Shown here: in pieces, positions 31,823 to 41,839 of the stretch
How the letters are laid out: each line of letters opens with the position of its first letter
Numbering within the stretch: position 1 is the first letter of the stretch
Notes under the pieces: model-generated
Databases searched by the model: none
What the model was told of the DNA's origin: nothing
What the model saw: the letters and a program-made list of their open reading frames with translations, nothing else
Origin: Solirubrobacteraceae bacterium
GTDB taxonomy: Bacteria > Actinomycetota > Thermoleophilia > Solirubrobacterales > Solirubrobacteraceae
Assembly: GCA_035551915.1 (NCBI GenBank)
Contig: DASZMI010000023.1
Span: forward strand, 753-64,752
Reading direction: 5' to 3'
Length of the DNA stretch: 64,000 nucleotides
Made by a program: the position numbers and the translations under genes

Positions 31823-32272
31823 ATGACGAATGAAGCAGATGCGGCGGCGCTGGTGGAGGTGCTCACGCGCGCCTCCGCCCGGATCCAGCGTGCGCTCGAT
31901 CGGTCAGCGGCCGAGCACGGCGTGTCGCCGACCCAGGCGCGCATGTTGAGCGCGCTGAGGGACGGCGCCCCGACAATGAACGAGCTCGCGGGGCAGTTGG
32001 GGCTCGACAAGTCGAGTGCATCGGGCTTAATCGACCGCGCTCAGGTTCGGGGCCTCGTGCGGCGCGTGCCCTCCCAGCGCGACCGGCGATCGGTTCGGGT
32101 CCGGCTCACTGGTCCCGGACGCGAACTCGCAGCGGAGATCGATTCGCTCGTCGCCAGCGAGCTGGCAACGATGCTCGAGCCGCTCGCGACCGGCCAGCGC
32201 TCCGCCCTCGCAAGCGCCCTCGGACAGCTGTCGGCACCGGACCAGAGCGCCTGTGCTCGACCAGGGAGCTGA
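31823..32272 (+). CDS. MarR family regulator
   Basis: VSPTQARML, LGLDKSSASGLIDR, DRRSVRVRLT..G. Confidence 0.93.
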   Translation: MTNEADAAALVEVLTRASARIQRALDRSAAEHGVSPTQARMLSALRDGAPTMNELAGQLGLDKSSASGLIDRAQVRGLVRRVPSQRDRRSVRVRLTGPGRELAAEIDSLVASELATMLEPLATGQRSALASALGQLSAPDQSACARPGS

Positions 32273-32292
32273 GCGCCGGGCCGGCGGTGATC

Positions 32293-33621
32293 TCAGCCGA
32301 GTAGCTCGCGCGCGAGGTTCGCGTAGAAGTTCGCGGCGTAGCCGAGGTCGCGCACATCGATGCGCTCGTCGGCGTTGTGCATCAGCGGCTCGCTCTCGGC
32401 CACGGTCTGGTGACGGTGGGGGAAAAAGCCGTAGGCGATCAGGTCGGGGAAGGCCGCCCGGAAATGGCTCGAGTCCGAGTAACCGGGCAGCAGTACGGGA
32501 ATCGCCGTGGCGCCGGGAGCGGCGTCACCGAGCCAGCGCTCGATCGCGTCCATCAGAACGCTGCGAGCCGGCGATTGGTAACCGAGGACCTTCTCCGTGA
32601 ACTCGATGTCCAGGCCGGTGCTCGCTTCGCCCAGCAGTTCGTGCAGGCGCGCCAGCGCGACTTCCTCGCCGAGCCCGGGCGGGACGCGGCAGTCGACCTT
32701 CAGCGAGGCGCGAGCCGGGATCACGTTCATCTTCTCGGAGGCGGAGATCATGGTCGGGGTCAGCGTCACGCTCAGCATCGGCTCGATGACCACTGGCAGC
32801 AGTGGGTCCGACGCGCCGAGCCGTGCGATCGCGGCCGGGATGTCGTCAGGGTCGAGCCCCATCGCCCTGAGCATCAGCAGCGGCGCCTCGGTGGTGTCGT
32901 AACCGGAGAACCCGGGGCGCAGCGCCGCGATCACCGGCGCGAGCTTCAGCAGCGCGTTGTCCCCGAGCCGGGGCATCGAAGCATGCCCTGCCATGCCGTT
33001 TGCGGTCAGCCGGAAGCGGAAGATGCCCTTCTCGCCACAGCAGACCCCGTGATAGCGCTTGCCCTCGAACTCGAAAGGTGCACCGGCGCCCTCGTTGATC
33101 AGGAAGTCGCATCGCACCTTGTCGGGGTGCTGGGTTGTCAGCCAATGCGCGCCGACCTCGCCACCGGTCTCCTCGTCGGCGACGAACACGAGCTTGAGCG
33201 TGCCGCGTTCGGGCCGCCAGCCGCTGCGCGCGAGCGCCACCGCCGCGACTGCCTCGGCCGCCACCTGGTTCTTCATGTCGAGCGCGCCACGGCCCCAGAG
33301 AAAGCCGTCGACCACCTCGCCACCCCAGGGGTCGTGCTGCCAGTCCCCGGCAGCTGCCAGCACCGTGTCGACGTGCCCGAGGTAGACCAGCGTGGGGCCG
33401 TCCTGGGAACGGCCGCGCAGCGTCGCGATCAGATTCGGGCGTTCCGGGACGGCCGCCAGCAGCTCGGTCTCGAACCCGGCCCCGCGCACGTAGGCCTCGA
33501 GATATTCGATCGCGGCGCGCTCGTTGCCCGGCGGGTTGACGGTGTTGAGGCGGATCAGCCGCTGCAGCACCTCTACGGTTTCTGCCTGGAGGTCGCCGGC
33601 CACGACGCGAGCATCAGCCAT
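32293..33621 (-). CDS. M20/M25/M40 family metallopeptidase/deacylase
   Basis: GHVDTV, GRGALDMK, ADEE, NEG, HNADE. Confidence 0.92.
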   Translation of the reverse strand: MADARVVAGDLQAETVEVLQRLIRLNTVNPPGNERAAIEYLEAYVRGAGFETELLAAVPERPNLIATLRGRSQDGPTLVYLGHVDTVLAAAGDWQHDPWGGEVVDGFLWGRGALDMKNQVAAEAVAAVALARSGWRPERGTLKLVFVADEETGGEVGAHWLTTQHPDKVRCDFLINEGAGAPFEFEGKRYHGVCCGEKGIFRFRLTANGMAGHASMPRLGDNALLKLAPVIAALRPGFSGYDTTEAPLLMLRAMGLDPDDIPAAIARLGASDPLLPVVIEPMLSVTLTPTMISASEKMNVIPARASLKVDCRVPPGLGEEVALARLHELLGEASTGLDIEFTEKVLGYQSPARSVLMDAIERWLGDAAPGATAIPVLLPGYSDSSHFRAAFPDLIAYGFFPHRHQTVAESEPLMHNADERIDVRDLGYAANFYANLARELLG

Positions 33622-33655
33622 CGGCCGCAGCGTACTCCAAGTAGGATGCCGGACC

Positions 33656-34435
33656 GTGACCACCCAATACGATGACGACCTCAAGCTTGCCTTTGAGCTC
33701 GCCGACATCGCTGACGGCATCACGATGATGCGGTACCGCTCACCGGATCTCGAGGTCGTGACCAAGCCGGATCAGACTCCGGTCTCCGAATCGGACAAGC
33801 GCGCCGAACTGGCGCTCCGCGATCGGCTCGGCGATGTCAGGCCCGACGATCGGATCATCGGCGAGGAGTTCGGAGGCGGCGAGCTGGCGAGCGCCCCCGG
33901 GCGGGCGTGGGTGATCGACCCGATCGACGGCACCAAGAGCTACGTGCGTGGCATGGATACGTGGACCACACTGATCGCCCTGCTCGAGGATGGCGAGGTC
34001 AAGCTCGGTGTCGTCTCGATGCCGGCGCTCAAGCGCCGCTGGTGGGCGGTGCGCGGGCAGGGCGCCTACGCCGACGGCCGCCGGATCCATGTCTCCAGGA
34101 TCGCGGAGCTGCGCGACGCCCAGTTCGTCTGGAGCGGGATCGAGGAATGGGACGCGATCGGAGAGTTCCAGAAGGTGGTCGACTTCGGCCGCCGCTGCTG
34201 GCGCACCCGCGGCGTCGGCGACTCATGGCAGTACATGCTCGTCGCCGAGGGCGCCGCCGAGGTCGCGACCGATCCCGAGGCCACGCTCTGGGACCTTGCC
34301 GCGATCTCGATCGTCGTCGAGGAAGCGGGCGGCCGCTTCACGGGGCTCGACGGCACCGACGGGGCCGCGGCCGGCAGCGGGCTCGCGAGCAACGGGCTGC
34401 TGCACGCCGAGGCGCTCGCCGCGCTCGGCCGCTGA
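33656..34435 (+). CDS. hisN: Histidinol-phosphatase (inositol monophosphatase family)
   Basis: KPDQTPVSESD, GEE, DPIDGTK, WDLAA, EEAGG. Confidence 0.8.
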   Translation: MTTQYDDDLKLAFELADIADGITMMRYRSPDLEVVTKPDQTPVSESDKRAELALRDRLGDVRPDDRIIGEEFGGGELASAPGRAWVIDPIDGTKSYVRGMDTWTTLIALLEDGEVKLGVVSMPALKRRWWAVRGQGAYADGRRIHVSRIAELRDAQFVWSGIEEWDAIGEFQKVVDFGRRCWRTRGVGDSWQYMLVAEGAAEVATDPEATLWDLAAISIVVEEAGGRFTGLDGTDGAAAGSGLASNGLLHAEALAALGR

Positions 34436-34570
34436 TCCTTCACTGCAGCTCGGCGCTGAGATCCACGATCGTCCCTCGCGGCCCGCAGCGCGCGCCCAGA
34501 GGCCGGCGCCAGGGGCTCCGCTATCCTCGCCTAGCGTGTCTGGAACCGAGGCCTGGCCGGCGAGCGTCCC

Positions 34571-34903
34571 GTGCGCGTGATCCCCCATCCGGACCTCGAG
34601 CAGTTGCGCCTCACCGACGTGCTCCATGCCCTGAGCGATCCGGTTCGGCTCGAGATCGTGCGGCTGCTGGGCATCCACGGCGAGCTCTCGTGCGGACGGC
34701 TCGAGGTCTCGGTCTCGAAGTCGACGCTCACCCATCACCTGCGGGTTCTGCGCGACGCCGGTCTGACCTACACCCGCAGCGAGGGCGTCCAGCGCCTGGT
34801 GTCGCTGCGCCGTGACGAGGTCGAGACGCGCTTTCCCGGCCTGCTCGCCTGCATTCTCCAGCCGACCAAGCCGCAGATCACGTACACTGGGATCAGCGCG
34901 TAA
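34571..34903 (+). CDS. ArsR/SmtB family regulator
   Basis: ALSDPVRLEIV, KSTLTHHLRVLRDAGL, RFPGLL. Confidence 0.9.
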   Translation: MRVIPHPDLEQLRLTDVLHALSDPVRLEIVRLLGIHGELSCGRLEVSVSKSTLTHHLRVLRDAGLTYTRSEGVQRLVSLRRDEVETRFPGLLACILQPTKPQITYTGISA

Positions 34904-35178
34904 CCGCAGCCCGGCTTCCGGGTACATGTCTGCGGGTACGTTACGAACCCCGCGCGCGCGACCGGCGGCGCCTAAGGTTTTCGCGACGGTGACCGATCCT
35001 TGCGATTGGCCTGGCCCGGCCCATCTTCGCCAAGTCTTAAGAAGCACTTACGCATCCCTGCGGGGCGTCGAGTGTTCTCAAATGGCGTACGGGGAATTCA
35101 TAACCCATACGCCCCCAAATCCCAGTACGGCCTATGTGTGCGGTCGCGCACACGGCGTCCGAGAGGAGCCTGGGGACC

Positions 35179-35206
35179 TTGACAGAACTTTACGTAGACG
35201 TATAAT
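35179..35206 (+). promoter_or_regulatory. Consensus sigma70 promoter of the sigma-factor gene
   Basis: TTGACA (35179-35184) - 16 nt - TATAAT (35201-35206). Confidence 0.8.
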
Positions 35207-35245
35207 TCGATCATCTTCAAATTAGCGAACGAAAAGACGCTTCTC

Positions 35246-36229
35246 ATGACACCAAAGACCCGCACCCGGGGTGAACACACCGAGAAGAACTCGGCCCGCC
35301 CGCCGAGCACCACGCGCCGCACCACTGCGACCACGCAGCGCGAGCGCCGGGGAGCCGCGCTGCCCACGCGGACACCTCGCCGCCGCGCGGCCACGCCGGT
35401 GCTCGACGGCTCGATGGAAGCCCTCGAGCTCTTCTTCCGTGAGGCACGCACCCATGAACTACTGACGGCCGCCGAGGAGATCGAGCTGGCCAAGCGCATC
35501 GAGCGCGGTGACCTCGACGCCAAGACCCGCATGATCAACGCGAACCTGCGCCTGGTCGTGGCGCAGGCGCGCCGCTATCAGGGCCACGGCCTTCCGCTGG
35601 AGGACCTGGTGCAGGAGGGCATGCTCGGCCTGATCCGCGCAGTCGAGAAGTTCGACTGGCGCAAGGGCTTCAAGTTCTCCACATACGGCACGCTGTGGAT
35701 CCGGCAGGCGATCCAGCGCGGACTGCAGAACTCCGGCCGCACGATCCGTGTGCCGGTGCATGTCGCGCAGCGTCAGGTCAAGGTCCGCAAGGTCGAGAGC
35801 GAGCTCGCGCTCAAGCTCGGCCGCGAGCCCACCGACGAGGAGATCGCAGCCGTGGCCGAGCTGCCGATCGAGCAGGTCACCGAGGTCCGCGAGCTCTCCG
35901 CCGCGATCACCAGCCTCGATCAGCCCGTTGGCGACGACGGTGAGACGGCGCTCGGCGATCTGCTCCGCAGCGACGAGCGTGGCCCCGAGGAGCATGCCGC
36001 CGACAACTGGCGCGACGCTCAGGTTGCCGAGGTTCTGGCGAGGCTGCCGGAGCTCGAGCGCAACGTGATCGAGCTGCGCTTCGGTCTCGCTGGCGACGAG
36101 CCCCGCACGGTCCGTCAGACCGGCGCCGAGCTCGGCATCACCACCTCACAGGCCGGTGAGCTCGAGCGGCGCGCGCTGACGACGCTCTCGCGCAACTCGG
36201 ATCTAGCGGCGCTGCGCCAGGCCGCGTAA
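35246..36229 (+). CDS. RpoD/SigA-family sigma factor (short, group 2-like)
   Basis: ANLRLVV, DLVQEG, AVEKFDWRKGFKFSTY, WIRQAI, RTIRVPVH, region 4 LRFGL. Confidence 0.95.
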   Translation: MTPKTRTRGEHTEKNSARPPSTTRRTTATTQRERRGAALPTRTPRRRAATPVLDGSMEALELFFREARTHELLTAAEEIELAKRIERGDLDAKTRMINANLRLVVAQARRYQGHGLPLEDLVQEGMLGLIRAVEKFDWRKGFKFSTYGTLWIRQAIQRGLQNSGRTIRVPVHVAQRQVKVRKVESELALKLGREPTDEEIAAVAELPIEQVTEVRELSAAITSLDQPVGDDGETALGDLLRSDERGPEEHAADNWRDAQVAEVLARLPELERNVIELRFGLAGDEPRTVRQTGAELGITTSQAGELERRALTTLSRNSDLAALRQAA

Positions 36230-36242
36230 GCACCCAAGTTCC

Positions 36243-36274
36243 ACTACGGCCCGCTGGCAACAGCGGGCCGTAGT
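36243..36274 (+). terminator. Intrinsic terminator hairpin
   Basis: ACTACGGCCCGCTG-GCAA-CAGCGGGCCGTAGT, 14-bp perfect stem. Confidence 0.85.
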
Positions 36275-36289
36275 CGTTTAATGCTTCAT

Positions 36290-37624
36290 ATGGACAGTCT
36301 CTTCGACGATTCCGGTGCTGATCCCGCGGTTGCGGGTGGGCGGGATCAGATCCGCAACTACGAAAGCCCGGCCGGCGCGTCGGGCCCACACGTTCCGCTG
36401 TCCACGCGCATGCGTCCGGGCACGCTCGCCGAGTTCGTCGGCCAGCGCAACCTGCTCGGCGAGCATTCGGCGCTGCGCCGCGCGATCGAGACCGGCCAGC
36501 CGCATTCGATGATCCTGCATGGTCCGCCGGGCACCGGCAAGACGACCCTCGCCCGCATCGTCGCGACCGCTTCGGACGCGGCCTTCGAGGAGGAGAGCGC
36601 CGTACAGGCCGGGCGGGCCGAGGTGCGGGCCGTGATGGAGCGCGCGAACGAGCGCCGCAAGCTCGGGAAGGCGACGGTCTTCTTCCTCGACGAGATCCAC
36701 CGCTTCAACAAGGCTCAGCAGGACGCGCTGCTGCCGGCGGTCGAGGAGGGGCTGGTGACGCTGATCGGCGCCACCACTGAGAACCCCTACTTCGAGGTCA
36801 ACTCGGCGCTGCTGTCGCGCACCCGCGTCTATGAGCTCGAGCCGCTGTCGCTGCAGGATGTGCGCGCGCTGCTCGACCGTGCCGTTGAGGGGGGTGAGGT
36901 CGGAGACCCGGCGCGGATCGATCCCGAGGCGCTCGCCTATGCCGCCGAATGGACGCAGGGCGACGCGCGTGCGGCGCTCAACGGCCTTGAGCTCGCCGCC
37001 GACGCGGCCGGCCCCGAGGGCCGCGTCACGGTCGAGGCGATCGCCGACGCGCTCCAGGGCCGGTTGATCTCCTACGACCGCGCCGCCGACAACCACTACG
37101 ACACGATCTCGGCCTGGATCAAGGCCACGCGCGGCTCGGACCCGGATGCCTCGCTGTACTACCTGGCGGTGATGCTCGAGGGCGGTGAGGACCCGCGCTT
37201 CATCGTCCGGCGGATGGTGATCCTCGCCTCTGAGGACATCGGCAACGCCGACCCGCAGGCGCTGACGGTCGCCACCGCCGCGGCCGCCGCGGTCGAGCAC
37301 GTCGGCCTGCCGGAGGCTGAGTTCGCCCTGACCCAGTGTGCGATCTACCTGTCACTCGCGCCCAAGTCCGACGCCGCCAAGCGCGCGATCAGGGCGGCGC
37401 GCGGCTACATCAAGAACCACGGCGCGCAGGCGCCGCCAGGCTACCTGCGCTCGTCCAACCGCGTCGAGGGCAACTACGACTACCCGCACGAGCGTCCCGG
37501 GCACGTCTCCCCGCAGGAGCTGCTGCCGCCCGCGGTCGCCGGGGCGTCCTTCTACCAGCCCGACGACGCCGAGGCGGTCCAGCGGGACCGCCTCGAAGCG
37601 ATTCGCAAGGCCCGCGGACGCTAA
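36290..37624 (+). CDS. rarA: Replication-associated recombination protein A (MgsA)
   Basis: [42 protein letters not shown]. Confidence 0.95.
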   Translation: MDSLFDDSGADPAVAGGRDQIRNYESPAGASGPHVPLSTRMRPGTLAEFVGQRNLLGEHSALRRAIETGQPHSMILHGPPGTGKTTLARIVATASDAAFEEESAVQAGRAEVRAVMERANERRKLGKATVFFLDEIHRFNKAQQDALLPAVEEGLVTLIGATTENPYFEVNSALLSRTRVYELEPLSLQDVRALLDRAVEGGEVGDPARIDPEALAYAAEWTQGDARAALNGLELAADAAGPEGRVTVEAIADALQGRLISYDRAADNHYDTISAWIKATRGSDPDASLYYLAVMLEGGEDPRFIVRRMVILASEDIGNADPQALTVATAAAAAVEHVGLPEAEFALTQCAIYLSLAPKSDAAKRAIRAARGYIKNHGAQAPPGYLRSSNRVEGNYDYPHERPGHVSPQELLPPAVAGASFYQPDDAEAVQRDRLEAIRKARGR

Positions 37625-37635
37625 CGTTCAGCGCG

Positions 37636-38373
37636 ATGCCCGCCCAGGCTTACAACGGCAAGGAATGCGTCTGCCAGTTCCGCAAGGGAACCTGCGATCA
37701 GTCGTGTGTGCGCGACATGCTCGCGACGCCGTTCTACATAGCCTGCCTGCGCCTCAGCGGTCGCCGGGCGCTGGTCGTCGGCGGCGGTGACATCGGTCTC
37801 GACAAGGTCGAGGGGCTGCTCGCCTGCGGCGCCGACGTCGTGCTGGTCGCGCCGCATGCGATCCCGGCGCTCGAGGAGCTCGCCGCCGAAGGCTCGATCA
37901 CCTGGCACCGGCGCGAGTACCAGCCCGCCGACATCGAGGCCTGCCTGATCGCGATCGCCGCGACCAACGACACCGACGTCAACATCGCGGTGTTCAACGA
38001 CGCCGAGGCGCGGGCGATGCTCGTCAATGTCGTCGATGTGCCGCCGCTGTGCAACTTCATCCTGCCGGCGATCGTCCGCACCGGACCGCTGGCGGTTGCG
38101 ATCTCCACGGCCGGCGCCTCGCCGGCGCTGGCCAAGCGCATGAAGCGCGAGATCGGCGAGCTGTTCGGCGAGCCCTACGCGACGCTGGCGATCCTGCTCA
38201 ACGACGTGCGTGGCTGGGCCAAGGGCACGCTGCCCACCTACCAGGACCGCAAGGAGTTCTTCGAGGGCATCGTCAACGGCGATCCCGATCCGGTCGCGCT
38301 GCTGCGCGACGGCAACGTGGCTGCGGTCAAGGATCTGATCGCCGCCGCACAGAGCTCCTTCCAGCCGGCTTGA
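37636..38373 (+). CDS. Precorrin-2 dehydrogenase / sirohydrochlorin ferrochelatase (SirC, CysG N-domain) with Cys-rich N-terminal extension
   Basis: [41 protein letters not shown]. Confidence 0.9.
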   Translation: MPAQAYNGKECVCQFRKGTCDQSCVRDMLATPFYIACLRLSGRRALVVGGGDIGLDKVEGLLACGADVVLVAPHAIPALEELAAEGSITWHRREYQPADIEACLIAIAATNDTDVNIAVFNDAEARAMLVNVVDVPPLCNFILPAIVRTGPLAVAISTAGASPALAKRMKREIGELFGEPYATLAILLNDVRGWAKGTLPTYQDRKEFFEGIVNGDPDPVALLRDGNVAAVKDLIAAAQSSFQPA

Positions 38374-38852
38374 GCGACCTGACCCACCTCGGCCCGGAAG
38401 GGCGTGCGGAGATGGTGGATGTCTCCGACAAGGACGTGAGCCAGCGCCGGGCGATCGCGCGGGCGCTGGTGCGGGTCTCACCGCAGACCGCCAAGCTCGT
38501 CGCGGCCGGCAACGCGCCCAAGGGGGACGTGATCGGCGTCGCGCGCATCGCCGCGATCCTTGCGGCCAAGCGCACGCACGAGCTGATCCCGCTCTGCCAT
38601 CAGCTGCCGCTGTCCTTTGTCGGCGTCGAGGCCACGATCGATGAGCGCAGCGGCGTGATCGAGCTGCGCGCCGAGGCGCGGACCACAGCGCGTACGGGCG
38701 TCGAGATGGAGGCGCTGACCGCCGCTTCGGTGGCGGCGCTGACGATCTACGACATGGTCAAGGGCGTCGAGCGCGGCGCCACGATCGAGCGGGTCGAACT
38801 GATCGAGAAATCGGGCGGCCGCAGCGGCCACTGGCAGCGCGCCGCAGACTGA
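38370..38852 (+). CDS. moaC: Cyclic pyranopterin monophosphate synthase
   Basis: LTHL...[31 protein letters not shown]. Confidence 0.96.
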   Translation: MSDLTHLGPEGRAEMVDVSDKDVSQRRAIARALVRVSPQTAKLVAAGNAPKGDVIGVARIAAILAAKRTHELIPLCHQLPLSFVGVEATIDERSGVIELRAEARTTARTGVEMEALTAASVAALTIYDMVKGVERGATIERVELIEKSGGRSGHWQRAAD

Positions 38853-38860
38853 CTGAAGCG

Positions 38861-41332
38861 ATGGGCGTGCACGGTTCCGATCCCCTGGGGGTGCTCGCCG
38901 ACGCGCAGGCACGTGCGGCTGAGACGCTCCAATTGGCGTCGCGCTACCTCGATCCGTCGCTGGTCGAGGTGCTGCGGATCCTCGGCTTCGACAAGGCCTA
39001 CCGCTCGGCGAGCGGGTCCTATCTCTACGACGATGCCGGTCGCGCCTACCTGGACATGCACAGCGGCGAGGGTTTCGCCAGCCTCGGCCATTGCAATCCG
39101 GAGATCCGCGCGAGCCTGCAGGCGGTGCTCGACTCCGATCTGATCGACGGCGTGCAGCTGCACTACTCGGTGCTGGCTGGGATGCTCGCCGAGGCGCTCA
39201 CGGCGCACCTGCCAGCGGGGCTGGAGGCGACCTTCTTCACCTCGACCGGGGCCGAGGCCGTGGACAGCGCGATCAAGTTCGCGCGGGCGGCGACCGGTCG
39301 CACCCGCCTGCTCTCGTGCGACTCCAGCTTCCACGGCGTCACGCTCGGGCCTTTGTCGATCGTCGGCGACGACTTCTTCAAGGAGGGCTTCGGTCCGCTG
39401 CTGCCTGGCTGCGTGCGCGTGCCCTACGGCGACCTGGCGCGGCTCGAGGCCGAGCTACGTGCCAAGGACGTGGCCGCCTTCATCGTCGAGCCGATCCAGG
39501 GACGGCTGGTGACGCTGCCGCCCGACGGTTACCTGCAGGCCGCGCAGGAGCTCTGCCGCCGCTGCGGCACGCTGTTCGTGATCGATGAGATCCAGACCGG
39601 CCTCGGCCGCACCGGGCGCTGGTTCGCGCTCGACAACTGGAGCCTCGAGCCTGACATCGTGACCGTCGGCAAGGCGCTCAGCGGCGGCTACATGCCGGTC
39701 GCGGCCATGGTCACCCGACGCGAGATCTTCCAGCGTGCGGTCGGGAAGCTGGAGCGCAGCTACGTGCACCAGTCGACCTACGGGCGCAATCGCCTGTCGA
39801 TGGCGGCCGGGCTGGCGTCGATCCGGCTGATCGAGCGCGATGGCCTCGTCGAGCGCTCCGCGTCGGTGGGTGCGCGGCTGATGGATGGCCTGCGCGAGCT
39901 GCAGGCACGGCACGAGCTGATCAGGGAGATCCGCGGTGCCGGGATGATGATCGGGATCGAACTGCAGGCGCCGCGCTCGCGCAAAGGCCAGCTCGGCGTG
40001 CGCCTGATGCGGCTCGCCAGCGAGGGCCTCTTCCCGCAGCTGATCGTGATCCCGCTGCACCGCGACCACGGGGTGATCACGATGGCTGCCGGCAAGAACG
40101 ACGTCGTCAAGCTGCTGCCGCCGCTGACGCTCTCCGATGAGGAGGCGTCGCAGTTCCTCGGGGCGCTCGACCACGTGCTCGGCGACTGCGAGGGCGGCAG
40201 CGGCAAGAACTGGTCGGTCGTGCGCGACATCGCCGTCTCGACATTGCGCCGCCGCGAGCAGCAGCCGCGGCAGGCCGGTGCTTCGCTCGGCGCCGCCCCG
40301 GAGCTCCGCGGCAGGCCGGCGGACCTCTCCCAGGACAACGTCTGCCTGGTCACCGGCGCGACCGGCTTCATTGGTGGCCGGCTGGTGCGGGGACTGCTGC
40401 GCGAGGGCTTCCAGGTGCGCTGTCTGGTGCGCCCGACGAGCGACACCGCCGGCCTGCAGCAGCTCCAGGTCGAGCTCGCCACCGGCGACCTGACGGCGCC
40501 GCAGACACTCTCCGGGCTGGCCGGCGGTTGCCGCTACGTCTTCCACTGCGGCGCGCTGGTGTCCGACTGGGCCACGCCGGCCGAGGCGGCTGCCGTCAAC
40601 GTGGCCGGCACCCGCAACCTGCTGGACGCCTGCATCCACGCCTCGGTCGAGCGCATCGTGCATATCTCCAGCACCGATGTCTACGGCTATCCCGGCGGGG
40701 CCGAGGTCGACGAGACATACGCCGGCACGCGGTTTCGCAACTGGTACGCGCAGACCAAGCAGGATGCGGAGCATGAGGTCCGGCGCGCCGCCGAGAACGG
40801 TCTCGCGGCGGTGATCCTGCGCCCCGCGACGGTCTACGGACCCGGCTCGCGTGAGGTCATGCTCGAGATCGCCCGCGCCCTCCGCGGGCGGCGGATGCTG
40901 ATGATCGATGGCGGCCGCGCCCTGGCGGGACTCTGCTTCGTCGAGAACCTGGTCGACGCGGCGCTGCTGGCGCTGCGGCACGAGCACGCCCCCGGGCACG
41001 CGTTCAACGTCACCGACGGGCTGGACGTGACGTGGCGCCGGCTCGCCGACGACCTCGCCGACGGCCTCGGCTATCCGCGGCCGCGGCTGAGCATGCCCTA
41101 CAGGCTCGCCGCGGGCATCGGCTTCTCACTTGAGCAGGGCTACCGCGCCCTGCACCGGGCCAGCGGCCTCAGCACCCGCCCGCTGCTCTCTCGCCAGGCG
41201 GTGCACGTGATGGGCATCGATCAGAGCTTCAGCAACCGCCGAGCGCGTGAGGTCCTGGGTTGGGAGCCACAGGTCGGCTACGAGGCCGGGCTGCAGGCGA
41301 CGCTCGATTGGCTGCGTTTAGAGCAGGCCTAA
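38861..41332 (+). CDS. Fusion of class III PLP aminotransferase (HpnO-like) and extended SDR (NAD-dependent epimerase/3-beta-HSD-like)
   Basis: FHG, EPIQG, DEIQTGLGRTG, VGKALSGG; then TGATGFIG, HISS, YAQTK, RPATVYGP. Confidence 0.9.
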   Translation: MGVHGSDPLGVLADAQARAAETLQLASRYLDPSLVEVLRILGFDKAYRSASGSYLYDDAGRAYLDMHSGEGFASLGHCNPEIRASLQAVLDSDLIDGVQLHYSVLAGMLAEALTAHLPAGLEATFFTSTGAEAVDSAIKFARAATGRTRLLSCDSSFHGVTLGPLSIVGDDFFKEGFGPLLPGCVRVPYGDLARLEAELRAKDVAAFIVEPIQGRLVTLPPDGYLQAAQELCRRCGTLFVIDEIQTGLGRTGRWFALDNWSLEPDIVTVGKALSGGYMPVAAMVTRREIFQRAVGKLERSYVHQSTYGRNRLSMAAGLASIRLIERDGLVERSASVGARLMDGLRELQARHELIREIRGAGMMIGIELQAPRSRKGQLGVRLMRLASEGLFPQLIVIPLHRDHGVITMAAGKNDVVKLLPPLTLSDEEASQFLGALDHVLGDCEGGSGKNWSVVRDIAVSTLRRREQQPRQAGASLGAAPELRGRPADLSQDNVCLVTGATGFIGGRLVRGLLREGFQVRCLVRPTSDTAGLQQLQVELATGDLTAPQTLSGLAGGCRYVFHCGALVSDWATPAEAAAVNVAGTRNLLDACIHASVERIVHISSTDVYGYPGGAEVDETYAGTRFRNWYAQTKQDAEHEVRRAAENGLAAVILRPATVYGPGSREVMLEIARALRGRRMLMIDGGRALAGLCFVENLVDAALLALRHEHAPGHAFNVTDGLDVTWRRLADDLADGLGYPRPRLSMPYRLAAGIGFSLEQGYRALHRASGLSTRPLLSRQAVHVMGIDQSFSNRRAREVLGWEPQVGYEAGLQATLDWLRLEQA

Positions 41333-41373
41333 AGTTCCCTCACGCCGCTCGGCCACAAGCGAACCCCAGGTTC

Positions 41374-41616
41374 TCAAGAGAAAAACGAGTTGGTCCCTGA
41401 ATCGACCTGGCCGCCGGCATCCTCGGGAAGCTCGGTCAGATCGCCGGGGATCCCGTAGGCGACCCAGTGCGGGACGACATCCGTGCTGGGCGGCATTAGC
41501 GTTGCGCCTGCCAACCACTGAACCAATGGTGCAGACGGTCGCCCGAGCCGTTCGTTGGGAGTGCCGTTCCCGCTCGCCGCGGCCGGCGGGGACGTCGATG
41601 TTCTCGACGTTGCCAC
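41374..41616 (-). pseudogene. YbhB/YbcL (PEBP) family relic
   Basis: HWVAYGIPGDLTELPE...GTNSF; DPDAP and GPCPP motifs absent. Confidence 0.55.
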
Positions 41617-41624
41617 CCCGGCCG

Positions 41625-41770
41625 CAGGCTGCTGTAGTCGAGAGCGTGCTCGTCAAGTGTTGCCAGCTTGGTGGAGAGCACATCTTCAAGTGCCATCACA
41701 CGCATATTCACTGCTAGTACCGACATGGTGTCGGCGCGATCGAAAACCTCGTCGGTCAGCTCCAGGCCGG
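41625..41770 (-). pseudogene. Fragment of a nucleotidyltransferase-like gene
   Basis: GLELTDEVFDRADTMSVLAVNMRVMALEDVLSTKLATLDEHALDY; no credible start or C-terminus. Confidence 0.5.
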
Positions 41771-41839
41771 CGCATCTACGGGTGAGCACAGCGCAACACC
41801 ATTACGGGCGTGGAGTTCGATGGCGATACCTTGCGGTTC

